This document shows, piece after piece, positions 19,524 to 29,914 of a stretch of 64,000 nt of DNA. The stretch covers positions 33,124-97,123 of the forward strand of contig JAOUOP010000020.1 of NCBI GenBank assembly GCA_029880325.1, read 5' to 3'. Below the pieces are notes generated by a model that worked only from the letters and a program-made list of their open reading frames with translations, was not told where the DNA came from and ran no database searches. Made by a program: the position numbers and the translations under genes. Source of the stretch: Myxococcales bacterium (lineage in GTDB: Bacteria > Myxococcota_A > Polyangia > Polyangiales > JAFGIB01). Position 1 is the first letter of the stretch. Every line of letters begins with the position of its first letter.

Positions 19524-19859
19524 ATGCGCAAAACAACGATGACCCTACTATCGATGCTGCTTTTCGCCTGCGGCGGCGGCGACGACGCGGCGCCCAGCGA
19601 ATATCCGCCTCCGATGCCGCTCGATGCCCAGTACACCGCCTGCGGCGACGTCTCCGAGTGTGAGGTGCTCGAGCTCGGCTGCTGTGATGCGTGCAACGGC
19701 GGCACGGCGGTGGCGGTCCACAAGGAGCACGCGGCCGACGTCATGGAGCGCCACTCCGAGCGCTGCGGCGCCTCGACCGCCTGCACCTCCATCGGCTGTG
19801 CTCCGTGGGAACTCTCCTGCGAGCAGGGCGTCTGCGGGCTGCAGCGCGGTAGCTTCTGA
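19524..19859 (+). CDS. Small Cys-rich lipoprotein
   Basis: AGGAG RBS, LFAC lipobox, 10 Cys in the mature part. Confidence 0.75.
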   Translation: MRKTTMTLLSMLLFACGGGDDAAPSEYPPPMPLDAQYTACGDVSECEVLELGCCDACNGGTAVAVHKEHAADVMERHSERCGASTACTSIGCAPWELSCEQGVCGLQRGSF

Positions 19860-19869
19860 GCGCGCGCTG

Positions 19870-22271
19870 TCAGCGCAGGCCAACGGCGTGGCGCGGGGGC
19901 TGTGGCGCCTCCTGTTGGTCGCCCGGCGCTGGCGCCGGTGCCGTCGGTTCGGTGCCCGCCAGGAAAAACTCCTGCAGTGAGCGTCGCGCCGGGCTGGCAA
20001 GGCCGCCGCTGCTGGCGTCGATGGACAGGCGAAGCAGTCCCTTGCGCGGCGGCTCGAAGCTGCCGGCCGGCTGGCCCCCATGGGCGCGCTTCATGAAGTC
20101 GATGAAGGCCGGCAGCGCGGCGCTGGCACCGGTTTCGCCCTTGCCCAGGGGGGCGGCGTCGTCGAAGCCGGTCCACACGACGCAGGCGATGCGCGGCGAG
20201 TAGCCGACGAACCAGGCGTCCTTGGCGGCGTTGGAGGTGCCCGTCTTGCCCACGACATCGAAGGGCAGGGCGCGCGCCTGTCGGGCCGTGCCCGACGTGA
20301 CCACCGAGCGCAGCAGGCTGGTGACGATGAAGGCGCTGGCCGGGTCCAGGACTTCACGTTCGGTACGGGCCCGGCCCGGCTCCAGCTCGCGACCATCCGA
20401 GCGCACGATGCGACGGATCAACCTCGGTTCGCGGTAGACGCCGCCGGCGGCGAAGGTGGTGTAGGCGGCGAGTAGCTCCAGGGCGGTGACCTCATAGGCG
20501 CCGAGCGCAAGCGAGAGATCGGCGCCCAGCTTGGAGCGGATGCCGAGGGCGCGGGCCCATTCGACCACGCGACCTGGACCGAGCTGCTCCAGCGTCCAGA
20601 CCGCCGGCACGTTCAGGCTCTGGGCCAGGGCCTCGCGCAGCCGCAGGGGAGTGCCGCGGCCGGGTCCGTGGTCGCGCGGTCGATAGCGCGCGGCGATGGC
20701 GTTGGGGTCGGTTTCGAGCAGGCTCGCAGCCGAAAAGCGCCGCGAGTGGATGGCGTGGCTGTAGACGATCGGTTTGAAGGCCGAGGCCGGTTGCCTGCGG
20801 GCCGATAACGCTCGGTTGAAACCCCCGCGTTGCACCTCATAGCCACCGACCATCGCCAGGACTTCGGCGCTGCGGGCGTCCAGTGCGACCAGCGCGGACT
20901 CGGGAGATAGCGCCAGGCGCAGCCGCGGGCTACCCGAGCCATCGTCCTCGAGGCGCACCCGCAGGATCTGACCGATTTTGGCAAAGCGGCTGGGAGGAAG
21001 GCCTTCGGGGTTGTCGCGGGTTTCGCCGTCGAGTTTCAGCGTGCCCTCGAAGCTGCCCACCTGCAGCGTCAGCGTGCCATTGGCGTCGTCGACGGCACGG
21101 ACCACTGCGTTGTAGCCGCGCCGGCCCGCCACGGGCTTGCCCTCGAATGCCGCGGCCGCGCGGGCACCGCGGGCCGTGCGCCGCCGCGGCCGTGCCACCC
21201 GCGCAGCCGGGCGGTGGCGCGCCACATAGGCGTCGAGATTGCTTCGCACGGCCTCGCGGGCCATGCGCTGCAGGGCCGGATCGAGCGTCGTGGTCACGCT
21301 GAAGCCGCCGTGCTTGGCTCCCGGTCCCAGCAGGTCTTCCAGGCGGCGCTGCACCTCCGAAAGCATCTCCGGCGCGATCGAGGCCGGCGCCTCGGGAAGC
21401 GGCGCAAGGGCGAGGGCTGATTTTGTCGCCGCATCGACCTCGGCCGCGGGCGCGAAAGCGTTTTTGCCCATCTGGCTCAGCACGTAGGTCCTGCGTTGCA
21501 GGGCGCGCTCGGCGTTCACTCGCGGTGAGTAGATGCTGGGGCCTTTGACAATGCCAGCGAGCAAGGCCGCCTCGGCCAGCTCTAGCTCGGAGACCGTCTT
21601 GCCGAAGTAGTAGCGCGCCGCTTCCTCGATGCCGTAGCGGCCGTGGCCAAAATAGATGCGATTCAAGTAGAGGCCCAGGATCTGATCCTTGCTCAGCTCT
21701 TGCTCGATGCGGCGGGCGAGAATCAACTCCCGGATTTTGCGGGCGAAGGTTCGCTCCGGGGTCAGCAGCACGTTTTTCACCACCTGTTGGGTGATGGTGC
21801 TGCCGCCCTGCCTGGTGCGGCCGGCGCGCAGGTTGACGATCAGGGCGCGCAGGATTCCCAGGTAGTTCAGGCCCTCGTGCTCGTAGAAGTGGGCGTCTTC
21901 GGCCGCCAGCACCGCGCGCTTCATGGCCTCGGGTACCGTCTCGATGGGCACCAGCGTGCGCCGCTCGATGAAAACTTCGGCGAGCAAGCTGCCATCGCGG
22001 GCCAGGATGCGCGTAACCTGGGGCGGGTTGTAGTTGTCCAGCTCGGAGGTGTCGGGAAGCTCGGCGCCGTAGTAGAGCATGGCGCCGGCGAAGGTGAACA
22101 GGCCCAGGCCCAGCAGCAGCGAGCCGGCGGCCAGCGCGCGCCACGCCCAGCGCCTTAGGCGTCTGCGTTTGCGCTCGCTGCGGGAAGGCCGGTGCGGCCG
22201 CTTGTTGTTGGCTTCAGGAGGCGAGGGCCGAGGGCCGACGTGGCGCGGTTCGCGAAAGCTGCCGCCTTTCT

Positions 22272-22275
<4 letters not shown>
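19870..22275 (-). CDS. mrcA: Class A penicillin-binding protein (PBP1A family)
   Basis: EDAHFYEHEG, GGSTITQQ, RKIRE, LYLN..YFG glycosyltransferase motifs; SAFK, SLN, KTG transpeptidase motifs; GTG start overlaps the kinase TGA. Confidence 0.93.
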
Positions 22276-23915
<1,640 letters not shown>

Positions 23916-24374
23916 CCCGCCGCCTCCCGCGCCGCAAACGCTCGCGGGCGCCGCCCGGCGTTGCCCGGTGCCATCGGTCCACGGTGCTGCCCGCGGGTCG
24001 AGACCGCTCGTCGCCGGGCCTTCAGCTGGGGAGATGCAAAAGCCAGCATCAAGGGCTTAAGCCTATCGCAAGCACTCCCCAATTGCGTACGCGGGGTCTG
24101 CGGTCTGGCGCGATGTGTCAGTCGGTTCCGGGTTTTTCGGCTCTACCGTGCGCGGAAAACCTGCTCTTTTGTCTAGTCATCCCTGCGCCAGCGCAATTAT
24201 CGATGCCACCCCACCTTGCATTCACCCACACGGCAGTGAAAAAAAGGTACAGTGCTTGAACGAACGCTGGGTGCCGTCTCGTCCAAGGGTATCGAGGCCG
24301 GCTCCTGGCGTGCCACCCGCGCGGTGTGCCGCCGGCCTGCGGAACCTCGTTCAACCCTCGTCCTGGCCCATCGA

Positions 24375-25190
24375 GTGAAATCCCTGCCCCTCAGCGTTCG
24401 TTCCACGTTGGCTCTGGCCGCGAGCGCCCTATTGGCGCTGCCCTTTGCTGCGGGCACCGCCCAGGCCTTTTCGAGCCCCTCGAGCTATCTGTTGGAGCCG
24501 GAGGTGGGTGGCGGTGGCGGGCGTTGGTTCACGGGATCGCCCGCCGATGGCTACGGCTGCGACGTCTGTCACGAGGGCGGCGAAGCAGCCGACCTCAGCG
24601 TGTCGGGCCTGCCCTCGGGGCGGGCCATACCCGGCAGCTCCTACGAGGTGACCATCAGCTGGCCATTCGAAGTGGAACACGTGGCGATGGTGGTGGAACT
24701 GACCGACGAGTTCTCCCAGCCGGTCGGCGAGCTGTCGCTCAAGGCTCCCACCGCGATGCAGCTCGATGAGCTGTGCGGGCCGGATTTCGGTGGCTTCCCC
24801 GCCACCGAGCTGCACCAGACCGAGGACGGTCGTCAGCTCGTCAGTCTGATCGACTGCGGCGCCCGGGTCGTGCGCTTTCAATGGACCGCCCCCCAGGTCT
24901 TCACCGGCACGGCCTGGCTGAGCGCGGGTCTGGTCGTGTCCAACGAGGATGCCGCGGCCACCGGCGATGGCGTCACCTTGGTTCACCTTCCGGTCGCCGG
25001 AACACAAAACTCCCAGGCGACGCGAGAGTTGCTGGAGGGGAGCTGCAGCGTGAACGCGGCGCCCGGTGGCCGCGGCGCGTCTGCCATCGGCTACGGATTG
25101 ATAGTTTCCTGCGTGCTCGTGTTGATGCTGCGAGCCCGACGCAGCGGGATCGCGAAAGGAGCGGTGCGATGCAGAACCGATCGGCGATGA
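24375..25190 (+). CDS. Secreted CxxCH protein with Reeler/choice-of-anchor-V-like domain and MYXO-CTERM-like anchor
   Basis: Signal AQA, FTGSPADGYGCDVCHEGG, FQWTAP, C-terminal GSCSV...hydrophobic helix-RARR. Confidence 0.7.
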   Translation: MKSLPLSVRSTLALAASALLALPFAAGTAQAFSSPSSYLLEPEVGGGGGRWFTGSPADGYGCDVCHEGGEAADLSVSGLPSGRAIPGSSYEVTISWPFEVEHVAMVVELTDEFSQPVGELSLKAPTAMQLDELCGPDFGGFPATELHQTEDGRQLVSLIDCGARVVRFQWTAPQVFTGTAWLSAGLVVSNEDAAATGDGVTLVHLPVAGTQNSQATRELLEGSCSVNAAPGGRGASAIGYGLIVSCVLVLMLRARRSGIAKGAVRCRTDRR

Positions 25191-26101
25191 TTCGAGAGCG
25201 TTCGAAGTCAGTGAAGTCCCAGGCGGTCCATGCTGCGTTGCTGGTGTCGCTCGCCCTGCTTGCAGCCGCCTGCGTTGCCGCCGAAGGCGAGCCCGCTTTG
25301 GGAGAGGTGATGGCCACGCCCGGGCTTCCCATCGACAGCAGCGCCTATCAGCCCTCGGCCGCCGGACCGAACGCGGCCGCGGCCAACGGCGTCGCACCCG
25401 GGGCGCCCACCACGGCAGCTGGCGCGGCACCCGCTCCGGCAGGCAACGACCCGGCAGCGGCCATGGGCAGCGATCCGGCAGCAGCAGCCATGGGCAGCGA
25501 TCCGGCGGCCTCGGGTGCCGCGGGTGCCCCCGCCGACGCCACGACCGACCCGGCCGCCACCGGTGCCGCGGGCGCGGCTGCCGCGACCGACCCGTCCGCC
25601 ACGATCGACCCGTCCGCCGCCGCGCCGGCGTCGGCACCGGCGTCCGGCGGCACGCTCACGATTTCTTTCACCACCGTCGACCTCCGCGGTCGCTACGCGC
25701 CGCGCAACATCGGCGCCGTCTGGGTCGCCACCGGCAGCGGCTCCTTCGTCAAGACGCTGGAGCGCTGGGCCGGTGTGCGCGCCAATCACCTGAGCAAGTG
25801 GAATGCGGCTTCGGGCGGCTGGTCGTCCTTCTTCGGCTTCGGCGCCACCGACGACGAACTCGACGCCGTCAGTCGCGCGACGCTGACCTCCCACCAGATG
25901 CATAGCCTGACCTGGGACATGGTCGGCAACGACGGCGCGGTGGTTCCCGACGGCTCCTACAAGGTCATGGTCGAGATGACCGACAACGAGACGGGCTCGG
26001 CCGTCGGCGAGGTCGCCTTCGACAAGGGTCCGGGCGCCGTGAATCTCAGCGGGCAGACCTCGGCCGCGTTCACCGGATTCAACCTCGACTACCAGCCCTG
26101 A
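25169..26101 (+). CDS. DUF2271 domain lipoprotein with Ala/Pro/Asp-rich linker
   Basis: AAAC lipobox; GRYAPRNIGAVWV...FVKTL..W...HLSKW...DAVSRAT...LTWD...VPDGSYKVMVE; AAGGAG RBS. Confidence 0.8.
   Translation: MQNRSAMIRERSKSVKSQAVHAALLVSLALLAAACVAAEGEPALGEVMATPGLPIDSSAYQPSAAGPNAAAANGVAPGAPTTAAGAAPAPAGNDPAAAMGSDPAAAAMGSDPAASGAAGAPADATTDPAATGAAGAAAATDPSATIDPSAAAPASAPASGGTLTISFTTVDLRGRYAPRNIGAVWVATGSGSFVKTLERWAGVRANHLSKWNAASGGWSSFFGFGATDDELDAVSRATLTSHQMHSLTWDMVGNDGAVVPDGSYKVMVEMTDNETGSAVGEVAFDKGPGAVNLSGQTSAAFTGFNLDYQP
25461..25506 (+). repeat. Intragenic direct repeat (CCATGGGCAGCGATCCGGC x2, 27-bp period) encoding AMGSDPA
   Basis: Two exact 19-bp copies at 25461 and 25488. Confidence 0.8.
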
Positions 26102-26323
26102 ATCACCCGAGGCGATGCAATAACCGCCAGCTTGCGGTATGGAGCATTGCGCTGCACCGCCGCCGTGGCTTCGAGTTCCGCCCGACGCGCCCTGCGCTAC
26201 CACCACGTTCTGGAGCACCCGCCCCTAGCCTGCCCGCACCCCTGACAAGGCCTTCGAGCGTTGTGCACCGCCATTGCTGCGAGCGGCGGCGCTCGAGCAC
26301 CACAGGCCCGCGTTTGCCTTGCC

Positions 26324-27580
26324 ATGCCTCGCTACCCCAAGACCGCGCGAGAAAATCGAAGCTCTCGAGCCGCCCGCCCGCGTGTGAACTCCTTGCACGG
26401 CCGCGCGCTCGGTGGGCTACTTTTGGCTGTCTGCGTGCTGCTGATGCCGCGCCCGGGGATCGCCGAGGATCAGGCGGCGGTGGCCACCTACGTGCGACGG
26501 GATAGCGATCGCACCCTGGTGGTCGCACCGCGCCTGCGTCTGCGCACCGGGGTCACCGAAGCCACCCACCTGAACATGGTCTACGCCGTCGACGTCTGGA
26601 CCAGCGCCTCCATCGATATCATCTCCTCGGCTTCGCCCTATCCGGTGACCGAGCAGCGCGACGAGGTCGATCTTTCGGTTGACCACGAGTTTAGCGATAT
26701 CACCGTCACCGCCGCCTATCGCTACTCGCGCGAGCCCGACTACGTGTCCCACGGCGGTTCGGGAGGTTTCGGCTACGACTTCGCGGACAATAACTCCACC
26801 ATCGCCGTCGGCATCTCCGGCAGCAGCGATAGCGTCGGTCGCGCCGGCGATCCCAACTTCGATCGCTCCGCCAGCACCTTCGGCTCTCGCCTCGCCTTCA
26901 CCCAGGTTCTGGATGTCGACACGGTGGCCCAGGGCATCTACGAGTACAGCCGCATCGGTGGCTATCAGAGCAGTCCCTACCGCTTCGTTCCCATCGGCGG
27001 CGCCAACTGCACGGAAAAGATGTCCAAGAACGCTGCGATGGACGTCGCAGTCGACCCTGCGACGGGCATCCCGCTGGACCCGGCAGCGGCCGGCGTATTC
27101 CAGACGCAGCTGGCGAGCCTGTGTCCCCCCGAGCACAACCCGACCCTGAGACAGCGCCACGCCATGAGCGCGCGCGTGCGGCGCTCGCTGGGCGAAGCGC
27201 TTTCGGCCGGACTGACCTATCGCTTCTACCTGGACGACTGGGGCATCACGTCCCACACCGTCACCGCAGACATGGGCTACATGCTGAGTGAGCGCACCAT
27301 GCTGGGCGCGCGCTATCGCTTCTACACCCAGGGCGCCGCCGACCATTATCGGAGCTTCTACGAGATCGAGCTGCCCTACCTGACGCGCGACAAGGAGCTG
27401 TCGCCGCTGACCGGCCATCGCCTGGTGCTGGAGCTCGAACACGCCATCCCATTTCCCGACGAGCGCAAGCTGGTAACCAGCGCCTCGGTCTCGCCGCTCC
27501 TCTACTTCTATCCCGACTTCCCCCTGCGCGAACGCATCAGCGGGGTGGAGTTCAACCTGGCCCTCTCGTTGACCCTATGA
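26324..27580 (+). CDS. DUF3570 domain outer-membrane beta-barrel protein
   Basis: VDVWTSASIDIISSAS, EQRDE, SREPDYVS, GYQSSPYR, YRFYLDDWGITSHT, RYRFYTQGAA, DKELS. Confidence 0.85.
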   Translation: MPRYPKTARENRSSRAARPRVNSLHGRALGGLLLAVCVLLMPRPGIAEDQAAVATYVRRDSDRTLVVAPRLRLRTGVTEATHLNMVYAVDVWTSASIDIISSASPYPVTEQRDEVDLSVDHEFSDITVTAAYRYSREPDYVSHGGSGGFGYDFADNNSTIAVGISGSSDSVGRAGDPNFDRSASTFGSRLAFTQVLDVDTVAQGIYEYSRIGGYQSSPYRFVPIGGANCTEKMSKNAAMDVAVDPATGIPLDPAAAGVFQTQLASLCPPEHNPTLRQRHAMSARVRRSLGEALSAGLTYRFYLDDWGITSHTVTADMGYMLSERTMLGARYRFYTQGAADHYRSFYEIELPYLTRDKELSPLTGHRLVLELEHAIPFPDERKLVTSASVSPLLYFYPDFPLRERISGVEFNLALSLTL

Positions 27581-28827
27581 CGATGCGCTGCGCCGATCCG
27601 AACGCCCTGGCACGTGCGGCCCTCGTCGCGGGTTTCGTGCTGCTTTCGCTGTGGCTCGTGGCTCCCGGAGTCAGCGCCCAGGGCGCGACGGTCTGCGTGA
27701 TCCGCGTCGACCCGGCGGCGGAGGGTGATGCGGCGGCCATCGAGCGGATGCTCGGTGGCGTCGCGGTCGTGCCCGACCCGGGCTACTACGCCGAAAGCAT
27801 GAACCGGGGCCTCGACCCCACCGGCGACATGGCGATGCAGCAGCTGGTGCCGCCCCTGGGTGTCACCATGGCGCTGGCACCCGTCAGCACCGATGGCCAG
27901 CAGCTGTGGATCGATTTTCGCCATGGTGCCACAGGGGCGGGTCTCGGTGTGGAGGCCATCCCGCTCGAAGGTGGCTACATCGGCGCCCAGGGGCAGCAGC
28001 AGCTGCAGGCCCTGGTCGGCCAGAAACTGCAGATGGTCATGGGCGGGGGCGGCCCGTCGGGTTTCACCGGTGGTGAAAGCGCATCCGACATGGGCTCGAT
28101 GGATGCTGAAGCAGGCGGCGAAGGGGATGCGGCTTCCGGCGAGAGTGAGGCGTTCGGCGAGCTGGCCGCGGAGCTCGGCATGGGCAGCCGCGCGATCAGC
28201 TGGCCGACCGCAGCCGGTCGCGACTCCGCCGACACCGGCTCCTTTCTGGCGGGCGGCGTGCGGGCGCGTTTCGCCTTCGGCGCCCGCGCCGGTTTTTCCT
28301 TCGGCCCGGAGTTCGCCTACCAGACCTCCATCGGACACGACGTCAAGGAGCTGCACATCGGCGGCGGAAGCTACGACTACGTGATCCGCGCCCATCGCTT
28401 CGAGGCGGCGCTCGTACCGCGCATCGCCTTCGATGACGACGGTGAATTCCGCCTCGAATTCGCGCTTGGCTACGGCGTGCGCAACCTGCGTCCCGAGTCC
28501 CACGACACGCTCACGCCGGCCTTCAGCGTCTCCGGTCCCCTCGTGCGCCTCGGCTTGAACATTCCCCTGGCCGGTCGCGCCCTACGCGTGCAGCTGCGCC
28601 CCGAGGCCCAATGGCTGGCCAGCGTGGGCGAAGGACTCGAGCAGCGCGGCGTGCAGTCCGGCGGCCTGGGTTACGGCTTCGAGGCCGGCCTCGCGGTGGG
28701 TGTACTGGACCCCATCGATTTTCACGCCAGCTACCGCATGGTGTGGGCGAGCTACGACACCCGCATCGGTGCGTCGGCCGAGGACAGCGAGAGCTTCTTG
28801 ATGCTGGGCGTGGGGAGGGCGCTATGA
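27577..28827 (+). CDS. Hypothetical exported protein, probable C-terminal outer-membrane beta-barrel
   Basis: Signal VSA-Q; alternating amphipathic strands to the C-terminus; ATGA-coupled on both sides. Confidence 0.7.
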   Translation: MTMRCADPNALARAALVAGFVLLSLWLVAPGVSAQGATVCVIRVDPAAEGDAAAIERMLGGVAVVPDPGYYAESMNRGLDPTGDMAMQQLVPPLGVTMALAPVSTDGQQLWIDFRHGATGAGLGVEAIPLEGGYIGAQGQQQLQALVGQKLQMVMGGGGPSGFTGGESASDMGSMDAEAGGEGDAASGESEAFGELAAELGMGSRAISWPTAAGRDSADTGSFLAGGVRARFAFGARAGFSFGPEFAYQTSIGHDVKELHIGGGSYDYVIRAHRFEAALVPRIAFDDDGEFRLEFALGYGVRNLRPESHDTLTPAFSVSGPLVRLGLNIPLAGRALRVQLRPEAQWLASVGEGLEQRGVQSGGLGYGFEAGLAVGVLDPIDFHASYRMVWASYDTRIGASAEDSESFLMLGVGRAL

Positions 28828-29348
28828 GTCGTCTGCGTTTGATGCTCTTTTGGGCGCTGCTGCTGCTGGCCGGCTGCGCCGAAGACGATGGCGCGCTGCT
28901 CATCGCCCAGCCCGATCGGGCGCAATTCGAGGCCGAGGTTTACCCCGTGCTCCTGCGCGACTGTGGTTTCGACCAGTGCCACGCCTCGCGCGAGCGCTTC
29001 TTCCAGGTCTTCGGACCCGGCCGCGCCCGCTACTCGCCGGACCTGCGTTCACTCGATCCGCCGGGCATGGCCGAGTTGGACCACAGCTACCAGCGGGCGC
29101 GCTCCATGATCGACCCGGTCAACCCCCAGGCCAGTCTGCTGCTGGTCAAGCCGCTTTCGGTCCAGGCCGGCGGTGCGGGGCACCAGGGCATCGACAGTCT
29201 GGGGCGCGACGTCTACCAATTCGACGCCGACCCGAGCTATCTCGTGCTATTGAATTGGGTGTTGACCAGCGCCGGCGTACCCACGGCCGGCGCCACTCCC
29301 CAGCCGACCCCCCAGCCCGGCCCTCTGCCGGTCCCGGCGCAACCATGA
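28824..29348 (+). CDS. Lipoprotein with atypical haem-c-like motif (CxxxxCH)
   Basis: LAGC lipobox; F..EVYPVL..DCGFDQCH...SLLLVKPL...GHQG...YLVLLNW, resembling planctomycete-type cytochrome domains. Confidence 0.7.
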   Translation: MSRLRLMLFWALLLLAGCAEDDGALLIAQPDRAQFEAEVYPVLLRDCGFDQCHASRERFFQVFGPGRARYSPDLRSLDPPGMAELDHSYQRARSMIDPVNPQASLLLVKPLSVQAGGAGHQGIDSLGRDVYQFDADPSYLVLLNWVLTSAGVPTAGATPQPTPQPGPLPVPAQP

Positions 29349-29590
29349 AGTCTTCACACAAGCGAATCTCGTCGACCCGCGCAGGGCTGGTTGCTGCGGC
29401 GCTCGTGGCCTGCGCCGTGCTCGGAGGCTGCGCCACCGTGGCGCCCTACGAGCGCGAGACCCTGGCCCGGCGCGACATGGAACTCGAAGGCAACGAGGAC
29501 ATGCGCGCCGGTGAGCAACACGCCAACGCCTACCGCGAGGGATCCTCGGGCGCCGAAGGCGCCAGCGGTGGTGGCTGCGGCTGCAACTGA
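29345..29590 (+). CDS. DUF4266 domain lipoprotein
   Basis: LGGC lipobox, VAPYERETLA...M, YREGSSG...GGGCGCN terminus. Confidence 0.9.
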   Translation: MKSSHKRISSTRAGLVAAALVACAVLGGCATVAPYERETLARRDMELEGNEDMRAGEQHANAYREGSSGAEGASGGGCGCN

Positions 29591-29622
29591 GACGCTTGTC
29601 GTAGGGGATGCGACCGGCGGCG

Positions 29623-29865
29623 TCAGCGCGTCGTGAACTGGATGACCTTGCCTTCCGGATCGATGGCGCCGACGAACCGGGCGTGCCCGAGGTCGACGAG
29701 ATCGCGACCCTGGATGCCTTGCGCCTGCAGACGCTCGCGCCTCGCCGCCACGCTCTCCCTTGCGAAACACTTCTTCGCCGGCACCTGCTCCCGCGCCAGC
29801 GGCGGCTCTGGCCATGGTCTTCGCTCCGTCTGGGTCGCCCCGGTGTTTCGGGACGTGGCCACCAT
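29623..29865 (-). pseudogene. Truncated VOC/glyoxalase-family fragment
   Basis: KKCF..ESVAARRERL...G...DPEGKVIQF matches a VOC C-terminal half; N-terminal half is missing. Confidence 0.45.
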
Positions 29866-29914
29866 GGGCGTCACTCGGCGCTGCTGTCGCTCGCCATTCG
29901 TTGAAGCGCGCGCC

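Noticed and set aside
17801-20176. 791-aa ORF as a single gene
   Set aside because: The N-terminal third overlaps PBP1A and the 19524 lipoprotein; the signal and lipobox place the start at 19390.
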